From an uncultured bacterium (lineage in GTDB: Bacteria; Myxococcota_A; UBA796; CAJQPC01): DNA of 64,000 nucleotides. The notes beneath the pieces are model-generated. The model had not been told where the DNA came from and did no database searches. It saw only the letters and a program-made list of their open reading frames with translations. The first letter of the stretch is position 1; each line of letters begins with the position of its first letter. The translations under genes and the position numbers were made by a program. Positions 27,774 through 37,576 of this stretch are shown here, piece after piece. The DNA lies in the NCBI GenBank assembly GCA_905480105.1, contig CAJQPC010000071.1, positions 55,594-119,593 on the forward strand. The letters run 5' to 3'.

Positions 27774-30644
27774 ATGGATCTGACTCCCCTGTTCAAGACC
27801 TTGCGCGCCAACGTCTCCGAGCGCATCTGGGACGCCGGCATTCGCCTGCACCGGGCCGGCGTGGTGCAAGGCCGCAGCCACGACGACGACGAGATCTTTC
27901 TGTGGGTGAGCTCCGCCGGGCGCTCCGAGCCCTTGGAAGTCTATCTGTACCCAGCAGACAAGGAATGGGCCTGCGACTGTGGTTTTGACCAAGGCTGCGG
28001 TCACGTGGTCGCCTGCGTCCTGGCTGTTCGAGACAGCCAAGGCACCGGCTCTCTGCTGCCCAAGCCCGCTGGGGTGCCGGTCATCGAATACCGCATCACT
28101 GCGGACCAGACCGGATGGCTAAACCTGCAGCGCTTTCGGGCCCAAGGTGGAAACCGCTCCCCCATCAATGGGCGACTGGCCAAGCACGGGGCCCTGCGGC
28201 CTACCCCTGCGGACCGCATCGCAGACCAGGTGCTCTCTTTGGGCTCAACCCGTCTTCCCAGAGCAGGCTGGGTGCGAATGTTAGAGGCCTGGGCAAGCGA
28301 CAAGAGCCCAGTCTTTGTCGACGATGTCCAGGTGCAACCTCGTGTTGAGCCGCTGACCCCAGTGTTGATGGTTCGGGACGAGGGCCGCGGCTTTAAGCTG
28401 AGCTTGCATCGGGACAAAGCGGTGGATCGCGGATTCAAGGATGGCGTGGTTCTGGACAAAGACAGCGCTCTGCGTCCCTACTCACAGGGCGGACTGGCTC
28501 CCCACGAGCGCCGCAACCTGGCCCAGGGCATGCTCTTTAGCCCGGACCAGGCCGCCCACTTGGTCGGGGAGCTCCTGCCCAGCTTTGAGGGCCGCCTACG
28601 CATCAAAGTGCTCACCTCCCGCCTGCCCACCGCCGAGCGCTCCAAGCCACGCCTGAGCCTGAACCTGAACCCCACCAAGACCGCCCTTGAGGTCCGGGTG
28701 GACATTGTCTACGGGGACCCGCCCGTGGCCAAGGTAGAGCGCGGGGAGCTTCACATTCTCTCAGAAGGAAGCATCCCCCTGCGAGACCGAGCCGCCGAGC
28801 GACAGCTGATATCCCAAGTGGAGAGGATGCAGCTTCCTCTGGGCCGCGAGGTCACCCTGAACGAAGAAGACGCCATCCGCTTTGTGCGGGACCGTCTGGG
28901 CGCCTTTGATGGCCAAGTTCGGGGCAGCGCAAAGAAGTTCCAGGTGCGGCGGGAGCCGGTGCGACTGGACTTTGATGGGGAGCGGCTGACCTCGGAGGCG
29001 GAGCTGGGGCCGATGGTGGCGGCATGGAGAGCGGGCAAGAGCCTGGTACCCCTGACCGGTGGAGGTTTTGCTCCTCTTCCACGCGCGCTACTAGAAGCCC
29101 ACGGGGAGCTGGTCGCGGACTTGGTTTCCGCAAAAGGCAAAACCGACAAGTTGCCAGCCCACGCGACCTTTGCGGCCGCCAAGCTGGCCGAGGCCCTAAA
29201 CGCCCCACCCCCCCTGGGATTGGCCAAGCTCAAGCCACTGCTGGAAGACTTTGATGGACTTCCCCCAGCGCGGCTTCCAAAGGGATTGGTGGCGACCTTA
29301 AGGCCCTACCAAGAGCTTGGGGTTCGCTGGTTGGGCTTTCTGGCGCAGGCCGAGCTGGGCGGAATTTTGGCCGACGACATGGGCCTGGGAAAGACCCTGC
29401 AGGCGCTCACCGCTCTAACCACCGTTCTACAGGACCAAGGTGGCAAAGCTCTAGTCGTGGCACCCACCTCCATCCTTCGGAACTGGCAGCGCGAAGCACA
29501 CAAGTTTGTGCCAGAGCTGAAGACCTGCGTCTTTCATGGCAGCAACCGCAAGCTGGATCCCGCGGCCGACTTGGTGATCACCTCCTACGCCCTGATGCGG
29601 CTGGACCCAAAGATATTCGATGCACGCTGGACCCTGGCGATTTTGGACGAGGCCCAGGCCATCAAGAACCCCGAGTCTCAGACTGCTCAGGCGGCCTTTG
29701 CCTTGAGCGCCAAGCACCGCTGGAGCCTGACCGGAACGCCGGTCGAGAACCGCCTGGACGAGCTCTGGAGTCAGCTCAATTTCTCGACCCCCGGGCTGTT
29801 GGGAGGTCGAAAGGACTTTCAGCGCTACACCGCGCGGGCTGTCGAGTCCGGAGACCGTCGCGCGGCCGAACGGCTGCGAGCCAAGATCGCCCCATTTGTG
29901 CTGCGCAGACACAAGTCTCAGGTAGCAACAGACCTGCCGTCTCGCACAGATGTCGTCCTGCCCTGCCCCCTGACCAAAAAGCAGCGCGAGATCTACCGCA
30001 CCGTCGCCGCCGCCGGTCGGGCCGAGGTCGCCAACATGATGGGCTCCGGTCGCGCTCTTGAGGTGCTCGAGCTGCTGCTCAGGATGCGCCAAGCGGCCTG
30101 TCATCCCCGACTACTTCCCGGCGATCGACCCGATGAATCCGGCAAACTGGACATGCTGGTCGACCGGTTGACCGACGTCATCGACAAGGGCTCCAAGGCC
30201 CTGGTCTTCTCTCAGTGGACCGGCTTTTTGGATTTGATTCAGGAGGCCTTGGTTCTGCTGGAGATCCCCTTCTGTAGGCTGGACGGCAGCACCCGGGACC
30301 GACAGGCTCAAGTAGACCGTTTCCAGAGCCAGGACGGGCCCCCCGTGTTCTTGATCTCCCTCAAGGCCGGCGGCACCGGCCTAAACCTGACCGCCGCCGA
30401 CTACGTCTTTCACACAGACCCCTGGTGGAACCCGGCCGTGGAAGACCAAGCCACCGACCGAGCCCACCGAATCGGCCAGACCAAGCCGGTGATGAGCGTC
30501 AAGCTGGTCTCCGAAGACACTGTGGAGGAGCGTATTGTGGCCCTTCAAGATGCCAAACGGGCGCTGGCGGAGGCGGCGCTGAGTGGGGAGGCGGATTGGG
30601 TGGAGCGGATTTCGAAGGACGACTTGGTGGGACTGTTTGGGTGA
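27774..30644 (+). CDS. SNF2-family helicase with N-terminal SWIM zinc finger
   Basis: SWIM 'CDCGFDQGCGHVVA'. Helicase motifs 'DDMGLGKTLQ' (I), 'LDEAQAIKN' (II) and 'LTGTPVENRLDELW' (III). C-terminal block 'SLKAGGTGLNLTAADYVFHTDPWWNPAVEDQATDRAHRIGQ'. Confidence 0.9.
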   Translation: MDLTPLFKTLRANVSERIWDAGIRLHRAGVVQGRSHDDDEIFLWVSSAGRSEPLEVYLYPADKEWACDCGFDQGCGHVVACVLAVRDSQGTGSLLPKPAGVPVIEYRITADQTGWLNLQRFRAQGGNRSPINGRLAKHGALRPTPADRIADQVLSLGSTRLPRAGWVRMLEAWASDKSPVFVDDVQVQPRVEPLTPVLMVRDEGRGFKLSLHRDKAVDRGFKDGVVLDKDSALRPYSQGGLAPHERRNLAQGMLFSPDQAAHLVGELLPSFEGRLRIKVLTSRLPTAERSKPRLSLNLNPTKTALEVRVDIVYGDPPVAKVERGELHILSEGSIPLRDRAAERQLISQVERMQLPLGREVTLNEEDAIRFVRDRLGAFDGQVRGSAKKFQVRREPVRLDFDGERLTSEAELGPMVAAWRAGKSLVPLTGGGFAPLPRALLEAHGELVADLVSAKGKTDKLPAHATFAAAKLAEALNAPPPLGLAKLKPLLEDFDGLPPARLPKGLVATLRPYQELGVRWLGFLAQAELGGILADDMGLGKTLQALTALTTVLQDQGGKALVVAPTSILRNWQREAHKFVPELKTCVFHGSNRKLDPAADLVITSYALMRLDPKIFDARWTLAILDEAQAIKNPESQTAQAAFALSAKHRWSLTGTPVENRLDELWSQLNFSTPGLLGGRKDFQRYTARAVESGDRRAAERLRAKIAPFVLRRHKSQVATDLPSRTDVVLPCPLTKKQREIYRTVAAAGRAEVANMMGSGRALEVLELLLRMRQAACHPRLLPGDRPDESGKLDMLVDRLTDVIDKGSKALVFSQWTGFLDLIQEALVLLEIPFCRLDGSTRDRQAQVDRFQSQDGPPVFLISLKAGGTGLNLTAADYVFHTDPWWNPAVEDQATDRAHRIGQTKPVMSVKLVSEDTVEERIVALQDAKRALAEAALSGEADWVERISKDDLVGLFG

Positions 30645-30663
30645 AGCCAGATAGGGGCGCCTC

Positions 30664-31290
30664 ATGGAAAAACCCCGCCTCATCACCCACCGCGACGGCC
30701 TGGCTTGGCTCTGCAAGCCCGCCGGTTGGAACACTCACCCCACGGCCGAGGGCGGCATGGACGTCGTGACTTGGCTGGACACCCAGGGCAAGCTGCTCAA
30801 GGGCATGCGGCCAGCACACCGCTTGGACAAGCCCACCTCCGGGGTTTTGGTCGTTGGCCGTCGAAACGCACGCAGCCGTGTGGCATCGGCCTTTGAAGCA
30901 GGCCACTGCAAGAAAACCTACCAGGCCCTCGTATACGGACGCGTCCAGCCCATCGGACAGATCGAGCAGCCCGTAGCAGGGAAGGATGCGGTCACCCAGG
31001 TGCGTTTGATGGGTGTCTACAAGGTAGAAGGAGGTTGCGTGAGCTTGCTGGAGTTGACTCCCCAGACTGGACGAAAGCACCAGCTGCGCGTGCACCTGCA
31101 TGGCATTCGCCACCCGATCGTGGGGGACGCCCGCTACCAGCGAAACCTGGGGATCACGGACCCAAGCGCACCCAAGCGCCTTTGGCTGCACGCCGCGGCC
31201 CTGAGCATCGCCGGCAGCGACGCGGTGCGTGCGCCTCTGCCCTCAGAGCTGGGCGAGCACTTGGAACTGTTGCGACAGAACCCAGCATGA
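30664..31290 (+). CDS. RluA-family pseudouridine synthase (short form)
   Basis: Catalytic motif 'HRLDKPTSGVLVV' and C-terminal 'GRKHQLRVHL...PIVGD'. 208 aa. Confidence 0.85.
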   Translation: MEKPRLITHRDGLAWLCKPAGWNTHPTAEGGMDVVTWLDTQGKLLKGMRPAHRLDKPTSGVLVVGRRNARSRVASAFEAGHCKKTYQALVYGRVQPIGQIEQPVAGKDAVTQVRLMGVYKVEGGCVSLLELTPQTGRKHQLRVHLHGIRHPIVGDARYQRNLGITDPSAPKRLWLHAAALSIAGSDAVRAPLPSELGEHLELLRQNPA

Positions 31291-32768
31291 AGAACCGCTT
31301 CCTGGCCTTGGGATTGCTGACGGTCGCCTTTGGCACCGGGGCGGCGCTGGCTCAGGAAGGCGTGATCGAAGAGGTCCTAAACGGCGGCTTGCTCCAGGAC
31401 AGCGGGACTGGAGACACCGAGCTTAAAGACAGTGATTTCCCAGACAGTGGTTTCCCGGACAGTGGTTCTCCAGACACCGGGGACACCGGGGACACCGGCT
31501 TTCCGGAGGAAGCTCCATGCTCACAGCTGGGCCCCTTTGTTGGGGATCTGGTGTTCTCGAGCACCGAGGCGATGGAGTCCTGGGCCCTGGACTACAACGC
31601 GGTCAAGGGCAACCTGCGCTTGGTCGGTTTGGGGGTGCAGGACCTGAGCGCCTTGAGCTGCCTGGAGTCGGTGAGTGGAAACCTGGAACTGATTCGCCTG
31701 GACGCGGTGAGCGACCTGAGCGGGCTCAGCCAACTGCAGAGTGTAGGCGGCAATCTGCGGGTGGTGAACAACGACGCCCTGCGCAGCCTGAGCGGCTTGA
31801 ACCAGGTCGCTGAACTCAGGCAGATCGACATCGAAGGCAACGGGGCCCTGCTGTCTCTGGCCGGTCTGGAAGGCTTGCACAGCGCCACCGGTCTTCAGGT
31901 GACCGGCAACACCAGCCTGCTGAGCTTGGCAGGAGTGGAGGGGATCTCCGCGCTACCCGATGGGCTTCACATCACCAACAACCCCAGCTTGGGCGAGCCC
32001 GCCGGACTGAGCGGACTGCAGAGCACCAGCGCCCTGGTGATTCAAGACAACGCCGGGCTGCGGACTCTCCGCGGTCTGGACGCGCTGCGCGCGGTGGACG
32101 GCGAGTGGGTGCTGATGGGCAATCCCCGGGTGGTCAGCTTGGCCGGACTGGGGTCCCTGGTGAGCGTGAGCGGCAACGTCATTCTCCGCGACAACGCCCT
32201 GAGCTCCCTGACGGGCGCCGAGCAGCTGACCCGAGTGGATGGGGAGCTTCGGGTGCAGGGGGAGAACCGCCTGCGCAACCTGACGGGTCTCTCCAGCCTG
32301 ACCCGTGTGGGCGCGCTGGTTCTACAAGACAACACCAAGCTGCTCAGCGCAGGTGGGGTGAGGGAGCTGCTCTATGCGGAGCGCTTGGAAATCTTGGCCA
32401 ACCCAGCCCTGATCGACATCGGCCTGGAGGGCTTGGTCCGGGTAGGCTCGCTGAAGGTGACTGGGAACAAGAAGCTGAGCAACTTGGCAGGCCTGGAGCA
32501 CTTGGCGTGGGTGGACCAAGCCTTGACCATCCGAGACAACGAGCGCCTGATCTCCTTGCGAGGTCTGGAGGGTCTGGTTCAAGTAGGCGGCACCCTGAGT
32601 GTCGTCGGCAACCCGGCCCTGAGCAGCGTGATGAACGTCGACACGGTCCGGCGCCTTGGCGGCCTGGAGATCCTGGCCAATGAGACCCTGCCCAAGGGGG
32701 CCACGGGCAGCCTGGTGATCAGCATTGGGCCAGGGAACATCGGTGGGGTTGTGCAGGTTCAGCAGTGA
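31287..32768 (+). CDS. Secreted leucine-rich-repeat protein
   Basis: ATG 31287 overlaps the rluA-like stop (ATGA). Signal 'MKNRFLALGLLTVAFGTGAALA'. An acidic 'DSDFPDSGFPDSGSPDTGDTGDTG' linker is followed by about 18 tandem ~23-aa repeats of the form 'LxxLxGLxxVxGxLxIxxNxxL'. Confidence 0.75.
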   Translation: MKNRFLALGLLTVAFGTGAALAQEGVIEEVLNGGLLQDSGTGDTELKDSDFPDSGFPDSGSPDTGDTGDTGFPEEAPCSQLGPFVGDLVFSSTEAMESWALDYNAVKGNLRLVGLGVQDLSALSCLESVSGNLELIRLDAVSDLSGLSQLQSVGGNLRVVNNDALRSLSGLNQVAELRQIDIEGNGALLSLAGLEGLHSATGLQVTGNTSLLSLAGVEGISALPDGLHITNNPSLGEPAGLSGLQSTSALVIQDNAGLRTLRGLDALRAVDGEWVLMGNPRVVSLAGLGSLVSVSGNVILRDNALSSLTGAEQLTRVDGELRVQGENRLRNLTGLSSLTRVGALVLQDNTKLLSAGGVRELLYAERLEILANPALIDIGLEGLVRVGSLKVTGNKKLSNLAGLEHLAWVDQALTIRDNERLISLRGLEGLVQVGGTLSVVGNPALSSVMNVDTVRRLGGLEILANETLPKGATGSLVISIGPGNIGGVVQVQQ

Positions 32769-33186
32769 ACCGGCCCCAGACTTGGAGCGAGTGGGTCTTG
32801 ATCAGCGGAACCAGGGGGACTTGAGCCGCTCCAGCTTGAGCATCCCGTCTGCGGCATTACCAGAGAAGAGAGCCGCTCGGCGAGCGCATTTATTTCTCCT
32901 GCCTTGCCACAGAGACCCCCTCGGTCAGACAAGATGATCCGTGCAACCACAAGCAACGTATCTTCCGGGTCTGCCTGATCAAGGGTGTACCCCACGCGAC
33001 CCCCCCCTCGCCCCGGTCGTACACGAAGCAACACCGGGTGATTGGGGCTCTATTTTCCAAGCTTTCAGTGGGTTCTGAAAAGATGGAAGTGCAAGGCGCG
33101 GCGAGACTTTAGACCTGACGGACGTCGACACCAGCGATGCTTTGCGCTACCGTCTGCCGCCTTTTGAGCACCAGACTGGAGCGCCC

Positions 33187-34893
33187 GTGGCGACCGATAC
33201 GAACAATTCTCAGGAACAGGTCAAGCAGCTCGGGCTGTTCGCGGCCATTGGTTCCCTCTCCTACGTTTTTTGGATCGTGGGCGGCATGGAGATGGTCGAG
33301 CGCCTGGCCTTCTACGGCGTAAAGGCCGTGGTCGGACTCTACGCCAAGGACCCTGTGTCCAAGGGCGGCCTGGGCATCAACATGTCCCAGTACGGCAACC
33401 TGCTGTTCATCTGGGCGCTGGTGCAGTCCATCCTGCCGGTCTTCACCGGCGGTATCTCAGACCGCTTCGGCTACAAGCAGACCATCGCGGCGTCCACGGT
33501 CATCAAGATCATTGGCTACTTGGTGATGTTCGCGTTCGCCAGCTACGGCGGCTTCTTCGCCGGCGCCATCCTGCTGGCAGTGGGCACCGCAGTGTTCAAG
33601 CCCGGCATCCAGGGCACCCTGGTCAAGGCCACCAAACCTGAGAACTCCTCGGTGGCTTGGGGCATCTTCTACCAGACCGTCAACATCGGCGGTTTCATGG
33701 GCCCGCTGCTCGCTGGCTACATGCGCAAGATGGACTGGAAGTGGGTCTTCCTCTCCTGTGCAGGAATCATCGCCCTCAACTTCATCTTCTTGCTCATGTA
33801 CAAGGAGCCAGGAAAGGCCGAGCGCGAGGCCGAGTTGGCCGAGAAGAAGGCCGCAGGCATCGAAGAGAACCTCTTCACAGACAGCCTCAAGGAGCTTGCC
33901 AAGCCCCACCTCTGGTCCTTCCTGCTGCTGCTCTCCGGCTTTTGGTTCATGTTCAACGCGCTCTTTGACGTGCTGCCCATCTACATTGAAGAGTGGGTCT
34001 GGACCGGTGACATCGTCACCAGCTTGTTCGGCGAAGGCGGCTCCGACAACGCCGTCGTGAACTTCTTCATCGTCACCAACCAGTACGGCACCCAGATCCA
34101 GCCAGAAGGCATGCTCAACGTCAACGCGATGCTGATCATGCTGAGCTGCTTCTTCTTTGGTTGGCTGAGCGGTTTGGTCCGTCCGACCACCTCCATGGTC
34201 ATCGGCGCCCTGGCCGCCACCGGTGCGATCTTCATGATCGGCCACACCACGGCTGGATGGATGTGTTTGGGTGGTATTGCCTTCTTTAGCATCGGCGAGA
34301 TGCTCTCCTCTCCCAAGACGGGCGAGTTCATCGGAAACATCGCGCCTCCGTCCAAAAAAGCGATGTACCTGGGTTTCTCTCAGATTCCCTTGGCGATCGG
34401 CTGGACGCTGGAAGGCAAGCTGGGCCCGGAGCTCTACGGCTACTTCGCCTCGAAAGAGAAGTTCTCACGCGAAGTCTTGGGTGCCGACGGCATGGCCATG
34501 ACCGCCATCGAAGCCATCCCCGAGGGGGCAGCCTTTGACACCTTGGTGCACAACCGCATTGGCGATTTGGCACTCACGGAGCTCCCAGGAATGACCGCAG
34601 AGGCGGCCTCTAAGCTCAGCGCTGCAGGAATCACTCCCTGGCAACTGCACGATGCCTCCCCCAAGGACATCGCCGCGGCGGGCTTGGACGAGCAGCTCGC
34701 AACGGACATCTTGGCAACGGCCGGGATGCACCTGGAAACGCTCTTCAACGCGACGGCCAACCCCCTCACTGCCGAGCTCTACGCCTCCCATAGCGTCTCG
34801 ATGGTCTGGGACATCATGGGGGTCATCGGCGTGATTAGCGCCATCCTCATCGCGATTTACGGCAAGTGGATCCAGGGCCGCGACCTGTCTTAG
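33187..34893 (+). CDS. POT/PTR2-family MFS transporter (di/tripeptide permease-like)
   Basis: 'MEMVERLAFYGVKAVVGLY' and 'GGISDRFGYKQTI' match PTR2 signatures, and there are multiple TM segments. GTG 33187 is preceded by GGAG with a 5-nt spacer (the ORF is open from 33142). Confidence 0.78.
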   Translation: MATDTNNSQEQVKQLGLFAAIGSLSYVFWIVGGMEMVERLAFYGVKAVVGLYAKDPVSKGGLGINMSQYGNLLFIWALVQSILPVFTGGISDRFGYKQTIAASTVIKIIGYLVMFAFASYGGFFAGAILLAVGTAVFKPGIQGTLVKATKPENSSVAWGIFYQTVNIGGFMGPLLAGYMRKMDWKWVFLSCAGIIALNFIFLLMYKEPGKAEREAELAEKKAAGIEENLFTDSLKELAKPHLWSFLLLLSGFWFMFNALFDVLPIYIEEWVWTGDIVTSLFGEGGSDNAVVNFFIVTNQYGTQIQPEGMLNVNAMLIMLSCFFFGWLSGLVRPTTSMVIGALAATGAIFMIGHTTAGWMCLGGIAFFSIGEMLSSPKTGEFIGNIAPPSKKAMYLGFSQIPLAIGWTLEGKLGPELYGYFASKEKFSREVLGADGMAMTAIEAIPEGAAFDTLVHNRIGDLALTELPGMTAEAASKLSAAGITPWQLHDASPKDIAAAGLDEQLATDILATAGMHLETLFNATANPLTAELYASHSVSMVWDIMGVIGVISAILIAIYGKWIQGRDLS

Positions 34894-35036
34894 AATTTGG
34901 GCATCGGCCCAAGCGCCGAGCAGCTCCTGATGAACGCGCCCAAGCGGGCCCAATCGCCGCTTGGGCGCGTTCTGCGTTTGGCGTCTTCTTCCTCCCAACC
35001 CCCAAAGCCAACAACACACCAGCGTAGACTACGTCC

Positions 35037-36029
35037 ATGTCCGAGGACCTTACCCAGCTCCAGCTCCAAGAAACGCGCCGGGCGCTGAGCCTGTGTACCG
35101 GCGAACGGGACCGGGCCCGCGAGGAAGCCCGCCAACTTCGAGCCCAACTGCGCTCCTTGCGGGCGGAACTTCAGGCCGTACGTCCGGTGGAACAGAGCGA
35201 GCTCCTGGCCGCCCAGGACGCACTTCGCCAGGCCCAAGCCCAAACCCTAGCCGCACAAGCCCTGCAGCTCGAAGCGGAGGCGGAACGAGAGGGTGCCCAG
35301 ACCCGCGCGACCCGGGCCGAGACCCAGACCCAGCAGGCGCGGCTGGAATCGGACATGAGCCTGGAGCGCGTGATCGAGCTCCGCGAGGAGTTGACCCGCC
35401 TGCGTTCCAATCGGGCCATCGACCAGGCCGCCGTCTCGCTGCTGCGAGCGCAGCTGGACGCCGTACGCACCGAGGTGCAAGCTCCCAGTATGCCCCCAAC
35501 CGATTTGGAACAGTCTAAGGCTCCCCAACCGGAAGAACGGACCCAGGTCGTAGAAGAAGCCGTCCAGGAACCAGAGGGGAAGAGTCCGCACGCGCTCATT
35601 CAAGCAGTACCCCAGGCCACCCAAACGGAGCCCAACCCCACCTTTGACCTGCCCGAAGGCGCCATCTGGGAGTTCGAGGGCGTAGCGGAGCCCGAGCAAT
35701 TCATGCACCTATGCCTTGAGCTCTGTGGACGGGCAGCCGGGGACTACCTGCGCATCGGCTATTTCAAGGGCACCCGGAAGAAACGAGCGTGGAGGCTGGT
35801 GGTGATGTCCGGTCCCCAGGACAGCGTGCGCGACTTTTTGCTCGCCCTAAATCGAGAGCACATGCGCCTGATGTCCGCCACAGGCCTACCCCTGGTGCGT
35901 ATCCAGCCCACCCGCTGGTCCACCAATGTCTTGAACGCCAAAAAAGAAGAGGTGTCCCCGGCTCGCTACGCTCGGCTGCAGAGCTGGGTGGTCGACGGGA
36001 CCCTACAGCAACAGGAAGGCGGCCAGTGA
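35037..36029 (+). CDS. Hypothetical coiled-coil protein with globular C-terminal domain
   Basis: The N-terminal ~150 aa are heptad-like and Arg/Glu/Gln/Leu/Ala-rich ('RAQLRSLRAELQAV...'). The C-terminal ~130 aa look globular. Its stop overlaps the next gene's GTG. Confidence 0.6.
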   Translation: MSEDLTQLQLQETRRALSLCTGERDRAREEARQLRAQLRSLRAELQAVRPVEQSELLAAQDALRQAQAQTLAAQALQLEAEAEREGAQTRATRAETQTQQARLESDMSLERVIELREELTRLRSNRAIDQAAVSLLRAQLDAVRTEVQAPSMPPTDLEQSKAPQPEERTQVVEEAVQEPEGKSPHALIQAVPQATQTEPNPTFDLPEGAIWEFEGVAEPEQFMHLCLELCGRAAGDYLRIGYFKGTRKKRAWRLVVMSGPQDSVRDFLLALNREHMRLMSATGLPLVRIQPTRWSTNVLNAKKEEVSPARYARLQSWVVDGTLQQQEGGQ

Positions 36030-37504
36030 GCTTGGTCAACGCAATGCGTGCGCGCTGGGATCCCCAGGCGCCTGCACTGGCTTGGATCGGCGACTGGACC
36101 CAGGCTGTCCTGCAAGTCCCACACGCTTGGCACTACGCCGAGCTCGCCGCGCAGGTGGACCAGGCCAGGGGCTGGATCAAGCAGAGGGGTCTGGGCAGCG
36201 GAGACACCCTGGCCCTGCAGCTACCCAGGCATCCCGCCCTGCTCACCCTGACCCTGGCCGCCTTGAGCGAGGGGATCGTGGTTCTGCCGCTGAACCCGGC
36301 CTACACCCCACGAGAGCTGCGCTTTGCCCTGCGAGACTCCGGTGCCACGCGCGCGGTTCTACTCCAGGAGAGCGTCCAGTCCCTGAAACTGGATCCACCC
36401 TGCCCACTGGAGCCCGCCAGCACCCTGGCCATGTCCCTAAAGTCCGCGCCACCGACCAAGACCCCCTCCCCCGATCAACCCGCAGACACCCCCGCCTTGC
36501 TGCTCTACACCAGCGGCACCACGGGCCAACCCAAGGGCGCACTGTCCTCGCACGGGAACCTAAGGGCCAGCATTGAAGCGCTGCATCAGGCCTGGGCTTG
36601 GGCGCCCAATGACGTGCAGCTCCACGCCCTTCCCCTTTTCCACGTACACGGCCTAATCGTCGCCCAGCTGGTCGCTCTGTGGGCCGGGGCTCAGACTCTG
36701 TGGCTGCCCAAGTTCAACGCCGACGCCGTCTGGCACGCCATCCCCAAGCACGGGGTCACCATCTTTATGGGCGTGCCCACCTTCCACCACCGCCTGCTCC
36801 AGTCCGAGCTACGGCCGGACCTGAGCACCATGCGGTTGTTTACGAGTGGATCTGCGCCCCTTCCAGCCACGGTGCACGCCGCCTTTGAGCAGCGCACTGG
36901 GCTGCGCATCTTGGAACGCTACGGCATGTCCGAGGTCGGTATTGTGCTCTCCAACCCCTACGACGGAGAGCGCCGGGCAGGCACCGTCGGCCAGCCCCTG
37001 CCCGGCATCCAAGCCAAGATCACAGACCTGGAGACCGGCGCGGACTTGGCTCCCGAGCAGATCGGCGAGGTCCGTATTGCCGGAGCCAGCGTGATGCTGG
37101 GCTACCTGGGCTTGCCCAAGCAGACCCAAGCCGCCATCGGCGACGGATGGATGCACACCGGTGATCTGGGAAAGGTCAGCCAAGACGGCTACTTTTCCAT
37201 CGTTGGCCGGGCGGGTGACATGATCATCTCCGGGGGTCTGAACGTCTACCCGAGAGAAGTCGAGAGCGTGCTTTTGGAGCACCCCAATGTGCACGAAGTG
37301 GCCATCGTCGGCGTGCCCCATGCCGAGTGGGGCGAGCAGGTGGTGGGGTTCTTCGTAGGGAAAGCAGATCCGGCAGCGCTCGTGGTCTGGGCCCGAGAGC
37401 AGCTGGCCGGGTTCAAGTGTCCGAAGGAGCTTCGCGCAGTAAAAACCTTGCCGCGCAACGCGATGGGCAAAGTGCAGAAAGGCGTGATTCGAAGCGCGTG
37501 GTGA
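36026..37504 (+). CDS. AMP-dependent acyl-CoA synthetase/ligase
   Basis: AMP-binding motif 'LLYTSGTTGQPKGA', 'GDLG..DGYFSIVGRAGDMIISGGLNVYPREVE' and C-terminal 'LPRNAMGKVQK'. Start is GTG 36026 (GTGA overlap) or ATG 36044. The longer ORF from 35789 is rejected. Confidence 0.85.
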   Translation: MSLVNAMRARWDPQAPALAWIGDWTQAVLQVPHAWHYAELAAQVDQARGWIKQRGLGSGDTLALQLPRHPALLTLTLAALSEGIVVLPLNPAYTPRELRFALRDSGATRAVLLQESVQSLKLDPPCPLEPASTLAMSLKSAPPTKTPSPDQPADTPALLLYTSGTTGQPKGALSSHGNLRASIEALHQAWAWAPNDVQLHALPLFHVHGLIVAQLVALWAGAQTLWLPKFNADAVWHAIPKHGVTIFMGVPTFHHRLLQSELRPDLSTMRLFTSGSAPLPATVHAAFEQRTGLRILERYGMSEVGIVLSNPYDGERRAGTVGQPLPGIQAKITDLETGADLAPEQIGEVRIAGASVMLGYLGLPKQTQAAIGDGWMHTGDLGKVSQDGYFSIVGRAGDMIISGGLNVYPREVESVLLEHPNVHEVAIVGVPHAEWGEQVVGFFVGKADPAALVVWAREQLAGFKCPKELRAVKTLPRNAMGKVQKGVIRSAW

Positions 37505-37576
37505 GACGCGTGCGGGGAGGCGTGGGTGACCCAGCGCTGCGCATGCACAATCGCATCACGCCTTCCCCCAAAGGAC

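Noticed and set aside
31035-31286. N-terminal extensions of ORFs in the supplied track (31035-31286, 35789-36025, 23387-23539, 44458-44685, 26798-27022, 11537-11698, 2173-2337, 701-913)
   Set aside because: The extensions overlap the preceding gene in another frame and are Arg/Pro/Ala/Gly-rich. Internal starts give signal peptides or lipoboxes, SD sequences or classic 1-4-nt stop/start overlaps.
31431-31500. Short nucleotide tandem repeats (GACAGTG[AG]TTTCCC / GGGGACACC units)
   Set aside because: These lie inside the LRR protein gene and simply encode its acidic 'DSDFPDSGFPDSGSPDTGDTGDTG' linker. They are not an independent repeat element or a CRISPR array.
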